Shown one piece after another: positions 13,979 to 26,820 of a stretch of 64,000 nt of DNA. A program made the translations under genes and the position numbers. The first letter of the stretch is position 1. Each line of letters opens with the position of its first letter. The notes beneath the pieces are model-generated. The model searched no databases. It was not told the origin of the DNA and saw nothing but the letters and a program-made list of their open reading frames with translations. The stretch spans positions 24,241,504 to 24,305,503 of the forward strand of contig OZ037765.1 in the NCBI GenBank assembly GCA_964035545.1, read 5' to 3'. This DNA comes from Bugula neritina. Lineage: Eukaryota > Animalia > Bryozoa.

Positions 13979-15591
13979 CTATTTCTTCATGATCCAGATT
14001 TCGTTATATCTGTTGAAAATTTTCCATGGTCCGTTGTACACTGCAGTGAAGAACATAGGATCAACAGTATAGGACTGACCATCTCGATCCAAGTCTGCTT
14101 TCAAGTTATTGAACTCCATAGCGAATAATTGATCTCCGTAAATTAAATCGTAAATTACATCGCTGAAGATCCAGGTGGTGAATGGCCTACAATTTCAAAT
14201 TATAATCAGTTATAATTTTTTTTAGTTGCTTGTTTTAGAAGAGTTTTATATTACTACATTATTTAAAGATTACAATGATGGGAACACCATATTTATATAC
14301 TAAACTTAAGCTATCGGCTTGCTTACCTAACAAAGTACTCATCTTTGGCAGCTCTGTAAATCTCAACATCTGTGTTAGTGGGCTTAGGGGGATTGTCACT
14401 CATGTTAGCTGGAACCATAAAATTCATCCAGACTTCATCTTTTGCATGACTGTTCACCACAGGCACAGTCATGTCCATGGTTTCATCTAAAATCAGAAAG
14501 AAAGCATTCTTAGCATTGTAAACTAACTAGTTGTTTGACTCAGCTTTGCAACTTTGCCATAATGTCTTGTAACCTTCATTTTAACTAAAGTAACACAAGA
14601 CAAGTCAAGCAACTGGAAAAAAATACAATTGACTGAAGTATTTACAAGTGAGCAAACTTAAAGAAAAACTGTATTAATTTATACTTAGCTTTATTAACAT
14701 GAAAATCTGAAGTACGATCTGCAAGCAACCTGAGAAGTGCAACTATATTTTATACCCTAAATCTAAAGTAAGAAAATTTGCTTTTAAATCTAATTAGTTA
14801 CCCCATCGGGCAGAAATAATTATATAACTGTCTTCATGGAAAACAACAATATGACGATGATCCATTAAATCAAAATAATTACTGTAAACTTTACTTACTC
14901 CTCTCATTTTCTCCTTGAATATAACGGAAGAGTTTCATGAATGCTTCTTTTGTAGAATACTTATCTTCCCAGTAATCAGCAGTCAGGTTTGACACCTGAG
15001 TGCTGCTCCACACTGAAGGACTATATTCACGCAGTTCATATCCCTGAAATTCCATAACAAAACCCTTTACAAGTAATGGAAGCAGAAATACAGCCAAAAA
15101 GTTGCCAGTCAAAATGTTTGGCTATTCAATCTGATTTATGAAACACTTCAAGTCAAAAAATACCAATTCCAAGATGAATAAGCATGGGTTGTTTCACCCA
15201 GCTATACAAGGTATGCGCAGTAATGGAGAATTGAGAAGTCCCCATGTTTTTTAGAAAAAGAAAAGCAGCAAAAGAATTTTTAGTTCCCAGAAATTCTAGC
15301 TGGAATTTTAACCCTCAACCTAAACAAAAGTTCATAAAGAAAATTAATTAAAGAAATATTTCTAGATACTGCGCCTATATGACCATTACTTGAGTTTTAG
15401 CATTCCCCATAAGTGACTTTGACTAAAAGACTACTCACATTAAAACTCTGTATTACACGATATTCGGGGCACTCGTATTCTCTACAAAAGTCAGGCTTCT
15501 TTGTAATAGGAGTTTCTGAAAAAACATTCCAGAGCCATGGAGCTGCTGCCGACAGCTGTATTACAGCAACAAGAAGCAGTAAAGTCTTCAT
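13979..15591 (-). CDS. SOUL/HEBP2-like heme-binding family protein with signal peptide (copy 1)
   Basis: Four exons ~15591-15439, 15044-14897, 14487-14328, 14186-13979. MKTLLLLVAVIQLSAA signal peptide; [65 protein letters not shown] are SOUL hallmark motifs. Confidence 0.93.
15210..15280 (+). repeat. Dispersed repeat copy (degenerate), in SOUL-1 intron 1
   Basis: gcagtaatggagaattgagaagtc...tagaaaaagaaaagcagcaaaag aligns with 28537-28632 and the reverse complement of 44295-44361. Confidence 0.55.
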
Positions 15592-15663
15592 GGCTTGTAA
15601 AACGACTTTCTGTTGAAGTAAGAAGAAAAGTTGAAGATGCTACTTAGTGGTGAGGACACTTTC

Positions 15664-15696
15664 TTTTATACCTAAAGTAACCACGTGGTCATGTGA
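15664..15696 (-). promoter_or_regulatory. TATA box plus adjacent E-boxes upstream of SOUL copy 1
   Basis: TATAAAA on minus strand 15670-15664, ~75 bp upstream of the ATG; CACGTG 15682-15687 and GTCATGTGA 15688-15696. Confidence 0.55.
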
Positions 15697-17346
15697 TCAA
15701 ACACACATATTGACTTTTAGTGCCTAGACCAATCTTTGCTTACATAACCTTCATTTATTTTGACAGCATCTGGTTTTTATAAGGAATAAAATCTTGTATA
15801 ATTATTTTTTGATTGCATAAGCAAAAATATTTAAATAAGACTATCAAGTTTTGATTCACTAGCTGAAAATATTAGGGTGAAAGGTCCAGGATATCAGCTG
15901 GCTTGTATAAAAAATGCTATTCATTCATTATGCACATAATATCTTGATGCTGACAAAACAGATTTCAACTACTCAAAATTATGATGGCAAAAAGCTGCAG
16001 ACCATTGAAAAAAATAGATTACATTCATAAATATAGTGTTTGTATAGTAAACTGGGCTTATTTTCTGCAGTTAATCCTCCCTGATGCTCATTATACAATT
16101 GCACCTCTGCATTAAACTGCACCACACCAAATCGGCACTTTCTAGATCCTGTTGCTATATAACGTGACCTGTTTACTAGTACAATTTTTTTACCAAACAG
16201 TTATATTTGAGAGCTAGGGCTGCACTGTAGGCAGAGCTTGTCTGCAAAGGCTAAATGTGTATAGCTTTGCATATATTTTAATACACTGTTTTTAATTGGA
16301 CATGAAAATAATAAAAGATGATTTCACAATCAATTTTCATCAGCAATAGCAATATAATTTGCACGAAATTTTTTTCTTGATGTTAATACAGGAATACAGA
16401 CTGCCTTACTGATACAAACTCACAATGGAACCAAATATTTACAAATATAGTAATTCTTTCCAGGAATTACTTCTTTCTGTTTAGCATGGTATATAGATCA
16501 CCCAAACAGCTAAATAATTTTTTACCACCAAAACATGCCAGCTGCGTCAGTTTCTTTTTTAAATATTGTAGCACGCATTTATTTATAATATTCAAACTCT
16601 TTAGCATTCAGTCATGCCTTTTCATAGAGCTTGCAGTGATATTTTTTCTAACTATGTGCAAAAAGCCAATGTTTGCACTAAGCCAATTTAGAAAGGTCCT
16701 TAGTCTATATAGATGTCAGTCTAAATAGATGTCGCATACAGTGAGACTAAGCTGGTATTCTGATATAATATTAATGCAACCATTTATCTGGCCAGGTTGA
16801 GCAGTCAGTTATGATTCAATAAAGTTTTAGTAATCCATGTCTTGGTTTCTTTTGCTTACTATTGCTGCTAAACCCCTTCCCAAAATGATGACTAACAGAT
16901 TATAGAAAGATCATAACAACAGCTACACGTTCTACAGAAGTTTAGTTGATAATACATTGTCATCAGTTTTCTTATTATTTTATTATTTATAAAACATTTT
17001 TTAAAACTGTAAAGCAGGTGGAGTTAATATTTAACCCTGCCCAGAATTGTTCATAAAAGCCGCAAATGAATACAAATTTATTATAATTGGCTGTCAGCCA
17101 ACATTTAGTTCAACAAAAGAGCACAGATCTACTCATAGATATCAAAAACAATGCATTTACCAAAGTTATATCAATAAATCTGCAATAAAAGCAATTACAG
17201 GTAACTATCATGCCCATTGTTTTTTAATAATAACAATAAAAATATTATGTAACAAAATACAATTAAAACATAGTTAAAAAATGATGCATTTTATTAAAGT
17301 TTCAAGTCATATTTTACAATGAAATAGTTTGTCAATAGCATGAACT

Positions 17347-18962
17347 CTATTGCTTCATGATCCAAACTTCATTATGTCTATGAAGGAACGTTGTTGGGCC
17401 ATTGTAAACTGCAGTGAAGAACATGGGGTCAATTGTATAAGGTTGCCCATCTCGGTCTAAATCTGCCTTCAACTGTTCAAACTGGTAAATGAAGCGATTT
17501 TTAGGCACCCAGCTTCCAGGTACCCACGTAGTAAAGGATCTAAAATTGAGTCACTTTTATAAAATATATTCAATCTAAATAACACCAAGATGCATTGACA
17601 TCTAGTTTGTGGAGACCCGTAGAGTCCCACAACCCACTATTGACATTGACAGTTACAATTATTTTGGCAATAACTATCTACAAACCTAAGCTAGGTACTC
17701 ATAATTTTAAAAAAAATCTGCTGTTGCAGTACTTTCCAGCATTATGCTAATACCAGGATGTGTACTGACATAGCACAAACAGGCTTCAATGAGCAGTAAT
17801 TAAAACTCATATCTTCAATTTCGGTAGTCAATATTACAAGATTTTAATGTTTCATTTGTCATAAGGAATGCATATTCTCGTTTAGCATGCTTTTATATTA
17901 TACCTAACATAGTACTGATCACTATCAGCTCTGTAAATCTGAACATCTGTATCAGTGGGCTGAGGGGGATTGTCACTCATGTTAGCTGGAATCATAAAAT
18001 TCATCCAGACTTCATCTTTCTCATGGCTGTAGACCACAGGCACAGTTCTAGCAACGGTTATATCTAAATAGAAATATAATAGTACTGTTAGGACTATTTA
18101 CCATTGTTATGCTTTAGTTTAAAAGCTTAGAGGCTTGCTGGCTTCACTTCACATGTATATATCATAAAAAAAATGTATGCTACAGGAAGGCAAACTGTCA
18201 TTTAAATAGCATAAAACTGATTAAACAGTGTTTTCGCAATAATACTCACTCCTATCATTTGCCCCTCGGATGTAGTTAAAAAGCTTCATATAAGCAACGA
18301 TAGAATCATCTCTATTCTCCCAGTACTCCATGTCCAAAGAAGGCACTTTAGCAGAGGCCCACACCGAAGGGCGGTATGTTCTTAGTTCATATCCCTGATT
18401 GAATTTAATAAAATTAACCTAGTATTTCTATAAACTTTAAAAACTGATATAATTAAGTTTTCCTACACTCATGTTTTCACTATTAAAAAAAACCTAGCTA
18501 TATATATATTTGAAAGTGAATAGATTGTCAATATCAGTATATAATATTTCATCATATTATTAATTTCTTTTCATTAGCAGAGTATTATTAGTATTATTAG
18601 ATGATTCTGCTGAACATGTGTTTGTAGTGATGAGATACCATAAAAATGCTACAGTTTGAGTAAAAAAATGGTTAAACAAGTTAACCAACTTGTGGTGCCT
18701 TAAAGTTTTTAAAAACTTTTTAAATGATGGTCTTGGTAATTTAGGAACCAGTTGTTACTAGACTTGTTATTTGTTAAAGCGATTAACTTACCTCCAACTG
18801 TTCTGTTTCGTATTCTGGACATTCATATTTTCCACAGAATTTAGGCTTGGGAATTGGGGCAGCTGTAGAGGTTGTAGGAGCAGTTGAATCCCAAATACGA
18901 AAGTTGAACCATGGCATGGCAATTGAAAGCTGCAGCAAACATGCAAATACTAAGAACTTCAT
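17347..18962 (-). CDS. SOUL/HEBP2-like heme-binding family protein with signal peptide (copy 2)
   Basis: Four exons ~18962-18792, 18394-18250, 18064-17905, 17539-17347 with the same intron positions as copy 1. [15 protein letters not shown] signal peptide; [64 protein letters not shown]. Confidence 0.92.
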
Positions 18963-19037
18963 TGCTGTATTTTTCTTTCAACAATCACACTACAAGTAAT
19001 AACTTGATTTTGTTTCTTGTTCACCAACAACCTCTTC

Positions 19038-19044
19038 TTTTATA
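19038..19044 (-). promoter_or_regulatory. TATA box of SOUL copy 2
   Basis: TATAAAAGAA on minus strand ~76 bp upstream of the ATG; same sequence and spacing as in copy 1. Confidence 0.55.
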
Positions 19045-21197
19045 GTCAAATTTCGTGGTATTATAATATTGAGAGTTTTCAAATATCTCTGTGCTGATAG
19101 GATGTTTTTATTTGCATTGTCTGTTTTGAAACTATGTTTACAACCAGCTATGCTAGATGAGTGTTCCCTATATAAATGGAGCATTACTCATGCTCATACA
19201 TAGTAAACATTTCCCAACCAACAATATGTTTTAATCAAACACTCACTGAGCTGTTAGAACTGTCTGGTGCTTCCATTTAGTTTTACTTTAGTGAGGAGAA
19301 GGTTAGCTGCATGTTATTATACTTGTTACATTTTCATCAGAAACCAGTAAAATAAACTAACAGAGCCATCAGTTGAGCATCATTAGTTACGTGTCTAAAA
19401 GAAAACTTTGATGCTAAAAAGTTTTATCTTAATTTTTACTTAATGCAGTGCATACATAGAAGAAAGCTTCTTACTATAATACATATACTTAAGCTGCAAT
19501 GTAGTGCAATTTTATTGCCTCTTATTCTTGACTCTTACAGTACCTACTGTATATAGAAGTTTAGTTGAAGAGCTATAGCAGCGATGACAGGATCAAAATA
19601 TATAAATTTTCACTCAATATCAGCGGCTAAGTTTACAATTTGCAAAACTTCTTAATGTCAATTTATTTTAACTTCTGTAAAAAGTGCACCGCCTTTCAAA
19701 AAGCTCACCTGGGTTTGTAGTTAGCAGAACTCTTGATGGAAAGGTTCATTTAAGCGGGCTAGAGACTTTTTCACTAGTGCTTATGTCCGCCCAAAAATTA
19801 CATCATGTAAACTTTCTAAATTTATCTTTTGAAACTGCTTTCAAGTTTATCCTTTCTGCTTTTTATACAAAAGCTACATAGATCGTGTGCTGTATCACAA
19901 AAGCCTGTTTGTTCACTCTTTTTTAAATTATTTAAACATACTATATAAATTTGGTCTAGCATAGATAAAAACTATGCTTTCAGTTAACAAATCATTAGCT
20001 ACATCATTTTATTTCTGATCAAAAATAAGCAGTAGGACGTAAAGCGTGTAGCTAGCAACATACTTTTGTATATATTATTTGTATATTATATATTTGGTCA
20101 TAGTGCACACGTACTCATCTGCATACAGGTATACCCATATAATAGGATTTTATTACTGTGCAAACTAAAAGAATAGCTAGTAAAGTTAAATTGTTATCAA
20201 TTTATTTTAGTTTTGGTTAAAACATTGTAGACAAGTTATTGTTCTTTTCAGGTTATACCAATAACGAACATTGTTGGTTTAGTTAGAATTATTTTAGCAA
20301 AGTTGCACACTTCGAGATTACCCACAGTTCAGAATTGCCCATAGTACAGCTTGTACAAACTGACAGTTAAGTTAGCAGACTCAACTATACGAAGTCTTCC
20401 CACAACAAGTGCTAATATACTGTGATGGTTCGAACAAATAGTATTATGCAACCCCAAGAGATGCAGTTTTATCATTGATGCAACCTTATATTATACTCAT
20501 TTACAATGCTTATAGATTTGGAGGCATAAGATTTGTGTATTTCTTAATATTAGCTCTTTATTAATCAAAGCTACAAATCATAATCACAGTGCAGCAGCAT
20601 TTATGGCTATGAAACCAAGAGCTCTGCAACCAGCAACGCTCAGCAGAGTGATATCCAGGTTTCTTGGCAACTACCAGCAAATATATAAACGAAATGAAAC
20701 ACATCTGAATCTTCTTGTTTACTTTGTGATCCATTATTTACTTATCTAAAGTCCACCATAATGTATAAACACAACAAAGTTCAAATTCTAAAGATAAAAT
20801 ATACCCATAGCAACACTGTTGAAACTAATCAACAGTGATTAGCAATGTACGAAGGGTTATGTGTAACTGTGTTGCTAAAAATATACTGCGTTGGTTTCTA
20901 GGTTTTGGATGTTTAAAATCACCATCAAAACAAATAGCTCTGTTAATTCTGCTTAGTGACTTGCCGTGTGTATGGTTAGTATCACAGAAACCGATAGGGC
21001 TAAACTATATTAGCTGATTGCAAAATGTCCTGGTCTGTCAATTTTATTTTCAACTCATGTCTCTGTAGGTTTTTTAGATTCAACAGAAGCTTTTAAATTC
21101 CTGATGAGAGTGCCATATTTGTCAGGCAAGTTTACGCTGGAGACTAAACCCTGATTGACCATTGCTGCACAAATGATACTTTTAGTTACTATTCAAT

Positions 21198-21281
21198 TTG
21201 CTAGTTTTAGTTGCTAGTTCCAGTTGCTAGTTTCAGTTGCTAGTTCCAGTTGCTAATTTTAGTTGCTAGCTTCAGTTGCAG
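21198..21281. repeat. 13-bp tandem repeat TTGCTAGTTYYAG, ~6 copies
   Basis: ttgctagttttag ttgctagttccag ttgctagtttcag ttgctagttccag ttgctaattttag ttgctagcttcag. Confidence 0.9.
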
Positions 21282-21908
21282 CTTTTCTTATGGCTATTGA
21301 TTTATTATTATATAATATTATAGTCTAAATTTTAGCCTTTTGCTAGCCAATGTCTATGTTGGCGAAACAATTTAATTGCAACATTTTTTGCATAAATTTC
21401 TTTCTTTTGAATGACGAAGAGATTATGACAAAGCATATGCATGATTATTCTTTTGATTAAAATACCAATTACTGGTGATAAAAATATAAGCTATTCAAGT
21501 GCATATTGCTATGCTAATTGCTATCCCTGAGTGTACAAAAACAGAAATTATAATATTTTGATATTTGAGAGCAGAAAATAGAAAAGTTAGGACAACAACT
21601 TCTATGGCTCATTACTCATGTCTTCTATTTTCCCATTCATGATTATGCAGTAAAGCAATCGAGTATTTGTTATTTATTAATTTGACATGAGTAGACCTTT
21701 TATCTGCAGTAGTAGAACAAAGTCTTCAGTTATTTTTATGATATTGAAAGTGGGTTGAAAATCTTAAAAGAGCTAAAGTTTTTAACTGTAAAATATTTTC
21801 TTTAAAGTTTCCTGCATCTGCTATGAAGACTATGAGCTTATTGAAAAAAATTCAGCTATGTGTATAGTATGTATTCTACAAACCCAGTACATACTATTTG
21901 CAGCTATA

Positions 21909-22238
21909 CACTACGTTTCCATTATCGCATTATGCGTATGGATTTTTTCATTCGCCCCATGGAACTAGTTGCATCGAAGCAAAACCGCAGCCAGAAATTG
22001 ATCTAACGGCTCCTTTGATGAAAAATAGCAAAAATAGTGGGCAGAAGTGGTAATTACATTGTCATTGGGCATGAACACTGACTCAAAGTTGGCCATAGTA
22101 ATTTGCAATTTACGTCAGCCGTCACAATTGCAAAGAGAAGATAACTTCATACAGATTGCATAGGAACATGTGGTTTTCCTTCGCAGTAATCCGTACAAGC
22201 ATCGGTACGGATTCATTCGCCTGCATGAAAACGCAGTG
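21909..22238. mobile_element. Non-autonomous DNA transposon (MITE), 330 bp, CACTA- or PIF/Harbinger-like
   Basis: Left TIR CACTACGTTTCCAT (21909-21922) and right TIR ATGAAAACGCAGTG (22225-22238; rc CACTGCGTTTTCAT, 12/14 match). Flanked by ATA on both sides (3-bp TSD). Interior is more CpG-rich than the flanks; TTCATTCGCC occurs near both ends. Confidence 0.75.
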
Positions 22239-24259
22239 ATAACAGCACACTGCTATATTCAAATGTGTGCAAGAGTTTATACCTGCTAAGCAACAGCATC
22301 TTGAAAATAAAACAAGGAACTATGCTGAGTCACAGCATGATATGAGAAGAAAAAATAAACAGCTGCATGCCCATATATGTTTGGTTAGTGCTTATCATGG
22401 CCAAAATATACATGTTTAAAAACCAAAGAATTCCCCTTTTCCTTATAGTTTTTCCAGCTTATCCATAAAAATTCCATCAACATGTTGATGCCACAATATT
22501 AATAATAACATAGCAAATCAACAACATAACAGATATCATGGTATTATATATATGTCACTATAATATAACATATATTACATCCTTGATAAATTAATCTTGG
22601 ATATACTTGCATAAACAACGAATCATGCTTTATCAAATGAGCAAACAACTGATAAAACACAGGATACTAGCACCATATACATGCATTAATGGCAAATTAC
22701 TACATTCATCCAAGGTGTGATAGTACAAATATTCTAAGAAGCTCACACACACAGTGCCTGCAATCAACACGCATCATGCAATGTGAGATAAGACAGTATA
22801 CCAGTTTGTCACCTTTTTCTATCAACAAATTTTCCAACTCATCTTTATCTTTCATATTGTTTCATTATAATTTACAAAGGGACTGTTTTTACTCTTTGCA
22901 ATACAAAATTGTGCTTTCTCTATGCAAATGAGATCCTAGGCCTCTTAGTGTTTGAGTGCACTTGAACTGAGTTATAGGTTTCCATAACTTGCACACACTC
23001 ATGTAAGCTACAAAACGAATTTGCTTAAATTCAACCATTTGCTTTACTCAATACTTGCATAATTATAAAACATGCATTGACACATGTGGCTGAATGCCAG
23101 AAAAATTATTGTTATAACAATTACATAAACAAGCCATGGCAAGAGAAGTTGATGCAATACTATTAAGATGGCATGTTATTCATTGCAACTAAACAGAAGT
23201 ATTTTTTGCATATATCTGAGCTACAACTTTGGAATTTTGTTAATTAATATACTATATGATGTTTGTTCAAAAATTCGCATGTTTCAGAAAGTAACAACTT
23301 ATAGATTTCACTTGAATAAATTATGTTTTACAGCTATTAATTTATTACTCTGCATCATGAAATTAGTATAGCCAAAACGAAGCTTTTATACTATACAAGT
23401 AAAGCAACATAATTTAACGCTGCAAAAGGCACTGCCGCATATTTGTCTTGGGGGTTTATATTAAAGGTTGATAGTTTGTTAGGTATACCAAATTATGCGT
23501 TTGACAAGTTGGAGAAAGCAACTCCTTATGGTAATAAGTTTTTTTATCTCCCAACTAATGGTATATATTATTGTATTACAATAATATTATGCTTCACTAG
23601 TTGATGTTGGGTTATAGTGGTTTTCAACATTTAATTATGAAAAATATCAATTTAAATATGCTTAATTACAAATACTATAAGATAATTAACCTGATATAAT
23701 ATAACCATTTGTTCAAAAGTTACCATTACTGTGTAAATTTCAATATGAAACTAATTTACAGTTTGCACCCTGTAACATTCTAAGCTTTTTATAATATTAT
23801 TATACATAATGGTAAAGATAAGTGATAAGCTAAAGTAACCAAAAAAGTTATAGCTGGTAGCATCAGTTACACGTCCATTAGTTTGAAAACGTAATAGAAA
23901 GCTGCAGAGATATGCTGTTTATTACTTGCTGTTAATAAACTCATCATGAGTGAAAATACCAGCAGCAAGAAGTGGTTGTTTCTGAAATTACTTTTTTCAA
24001 CACCAGACCAAATTTAACTTATTACCAAAACCATTAATAAATAAACAAAATGCAACCTGACTAGTGTTTTACACCATGTCAAATAGGGAGCTCAATAGAT
24101 TTGTATTTTTCTGTTATTAGGAGCTAGTGGACATAAGCATTTGAATATATTATATGCAAATATTTATTTATACAAAAAACTTAGCTCACTTCCATAAAGA
24201 TTTTTGTAACAGTTGCACATGTACAGCATTTAACAGTATTATACAAATTTCTAACGTAA

Positions 24260-25589
24260 CTAGATAACAAAATCATCACACTTTTCTGTAACAGTTTCAG
24301 AAGATAGAAGAGTCTTCACAACTTTAACCAACTCGGGGAAAACAGAGTTCATGTAATGACCAGCCTGGTCAGACTTATGAAATTGTGAATTGGTTTCCTT
24401 AGCAACCAGAGTTTGCTCTTCCCAGGGTAAGAAGGGATCGTCACTGGAGCCAAACTGTATAATATGTTTACAATGAGACTTCATATCACTCCACCGCCAT
24501 GGTCTATTAAAATACCCACTCTTTTTCTCAGTCTCATCACCCAGGTCAGTCACATATGCAGAAACCAAAATCATTGCAAATATTTCATGAGTCTCAGCAT
24601 ATCTCATTGCAGCCACTGCACCAGAGCTACAAAGTAGGGTAGAGTGGCGAGATAGGAGTCTAAGCATGCAGTAATGTTGCAGAATAAACAGAAGATAAAT
24701 GTGTGTATGTCATTAGCATATTATAACATGTATGAATGAAAAACATACATGGTTTTACAACTTCAAACTATCACAAGATTCATATGATTAAAGGTATGAC
24801 ATTCATTATGATACTAAGCATGTTCACATAATAGATAAGTATAGATGTAACGGTAGATTCATTTCTAGTTAATCTACACAAATTAAAAATATTTCAAAAG
24901 TATTCTATTTGGTACACAAGATGTTTTCCTCTCATAATCAAATGCCTAAAAGTCAATGTATCTTCTATATTAGTAAAAGCTACTCCCCCCCCCCCCCTAA
25001 TTTCAGTATTGTAAAAGTTGGGAAAAAATTTAAAAGTTGAATTAAACCTGTGAATACAAATTCCTTCATGGAATAGGGCCAGATGTTGAGTATCAGCAAC
25101 CATACTGGTTAGTCTGATAGAAACCAACTATTAAATATGATACACATGCTTTGCTAAGCAGTACTTTTTTTAGCATAGATTAATTTCAAAAACACAAACA
25201 TTTACTTCATCGTTTATTATTTTGGATATGAATGTAGGCATTTTCGAAAGTACAAATAAACAATGCACTTAAGGAGTAGTCAAATATTTTCTTAGCCAAG
25301 TTACAGTAAATCCACTGAAAACACAGTACAAATAGTTCTAACCTATGTCCAATGATTATAGTGCTTTCATCACACTGCAGCTCTTTCTCCATAAAGGGAA
25401 TCCACTCTTTTTCGCTAGCTATCACCGGGTCGGGCATATTTTTCAACATGCTTTCAATTCCAAGCTTCTTAACGTTTTTATGTGCCCAGCTGTACCAATT
25501 AGCTCTGTACACATCACCACCTCCATTGCCAGGAATGATAACGACTTTCCGTGGTTTAGAAATGTTGTTAACAGCTCCACATGCTTCAC
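24260..25589 (-). CDS. RBBP9: RBBP9-like alpha/beta serine hydrolase domain (probably the C-terminal half of a fused ORF)
   Basis: Exons 25589-25343 and 24626-24260: VVIIPGNGGGDVYRANWY, MPDPV.A.E..WIPFM, IIIGHSSGAVAAMRYAE (GxSxG nucleophile split by a phase-2 intron), SGYFNRPW, QFGSSDDPFLPW (Asp), GHY (His). No in-frame ATG upstream within the exon. Confidence 0.9.
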
Positions 25590-25887
25590 CTAAACCTTCA
25601 GGTTCATAGAAAACATATTATTTTGATAACGGATTTGTATTGAAAAAACTACGTGCAATAGAAACTGCTTGACACCTAACAACATAAAACAACGTACAAA
25701 TATGTTTCAATATATAAATACTATCAACTACAGTTTGCCCTGAGTGCCGTGCTAAGACTCAAATATAATAATTGAATTATCAAATGGAGGTTTCAACAAG
25801 AATATAAGCTATAATAGGCAGTGCATTTGTCCCCGCAAGGAAATCTGACTGACAGTTTTGAGCACAGTATATGAGTAAAGTACAGAC

Positions 25888-26820
25888 CTGTGGTTAGTTT
25901 TTGAGACTCTTCTTTCCTGGTGATACTATGAAAATACTTGCCATACGGTGAATTCCTTCTTGCAATGTCTTCTGCAGTGTCCTTGCCATCATTTAAAATA
26001 GACTTATCTATATCAGTTTCAGAGAGTAGAAACTTGAGAACTGCTTCAGCGTCACCATTGACTGCAGCTAAATGCAGTGCTGTATTATTACCATTAGTCA
26101 GACTATGCACATCAGCACCTTTTGATATAAGAAGTTTAGCTGCTTCAACATTGTCCCACCTGCACGCACTGTGGAACGGCTGCCAGCCATCAACAGTTCT
26201 AGCATGTATATTTGCTCCTTGGGCTACTAGAAATTCTATCACTTCAATATGGTTATTATAAGATGCTCTGTGCAATGGAGTATACAAATCATCATCAATC
26301 ACGTTGACCAATGAGGCATCAGTATGAAACAACCTTTCAACTTGTGTTAAATCATTGTTCTCGGCAGCCCACAGCATGTATTTCTTAGGGTCGGCTTTAA
26401 TCTCTGCCAGAGTATACGGATCTTCAAACAATTCATCTTCGAGAAAAGCACTAGGCATAGAACTGGCTTCCCCTTTCTTCATTAACAGAATCTATGCAAA
26501 AGTATGGTCAACATAAGCTTATATAAATGTGGAGATAAACACAAACATACTTTTGTAAATCTATTGAGAAATGAAGAAAGAAACAAGTTTAAGTAAGAAG
26601 ACTTATAGGACATGCTAGGGATTACCTACATATGATGGGTATTTTAAAACCTATTATATACCAAATTAGCTGTTACACTCATTGGGGGACTTAACAATGC
26701 AAACATTTAAACCTTACAGTTGCACTAGACATTAATATATTAAACTTATACCTGCTGCAAAAATTGCTGTGTCATTAAGTCTATATCTGCAGGGGTGGTG
26801 TCTTCTTCATCTGAAGACAT
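25888..26820 (-). CDS. ANKRD49: ANKRD49-like ankyrin repeat protein (probably the N-terminal half of a fused ORF)
   Basis: Exon 26820-26752 (MSSDEEDTT...QQ) splices to 26491-25888 (or reads to a stop at 25793). DPKKYMLWAAENN, YTPLHRASYNNH, TVDGWQPFHSACRWDN, TALHLAA, TAEDIARR match the ANKRD49 layout. Confidence 0.88.

Noticed and set aside
21198-21281. CRISPR-like array
   Set aside because: Contiguous 13-bp units without spacers, in a eukaryotic context.
19200-24200. Short ORFs in the intergenic region
   Set aside because: AT-rich, low-complexity translations with no motifs or splice support.
25938-26261. Antisense ORFs over coding exons (also 25345-25609, 32694-33050, 5476-5697, 15413-15616)
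   Set aside because: Shadow frames of genuine exons on the opposite strand with no recognisable motifs.
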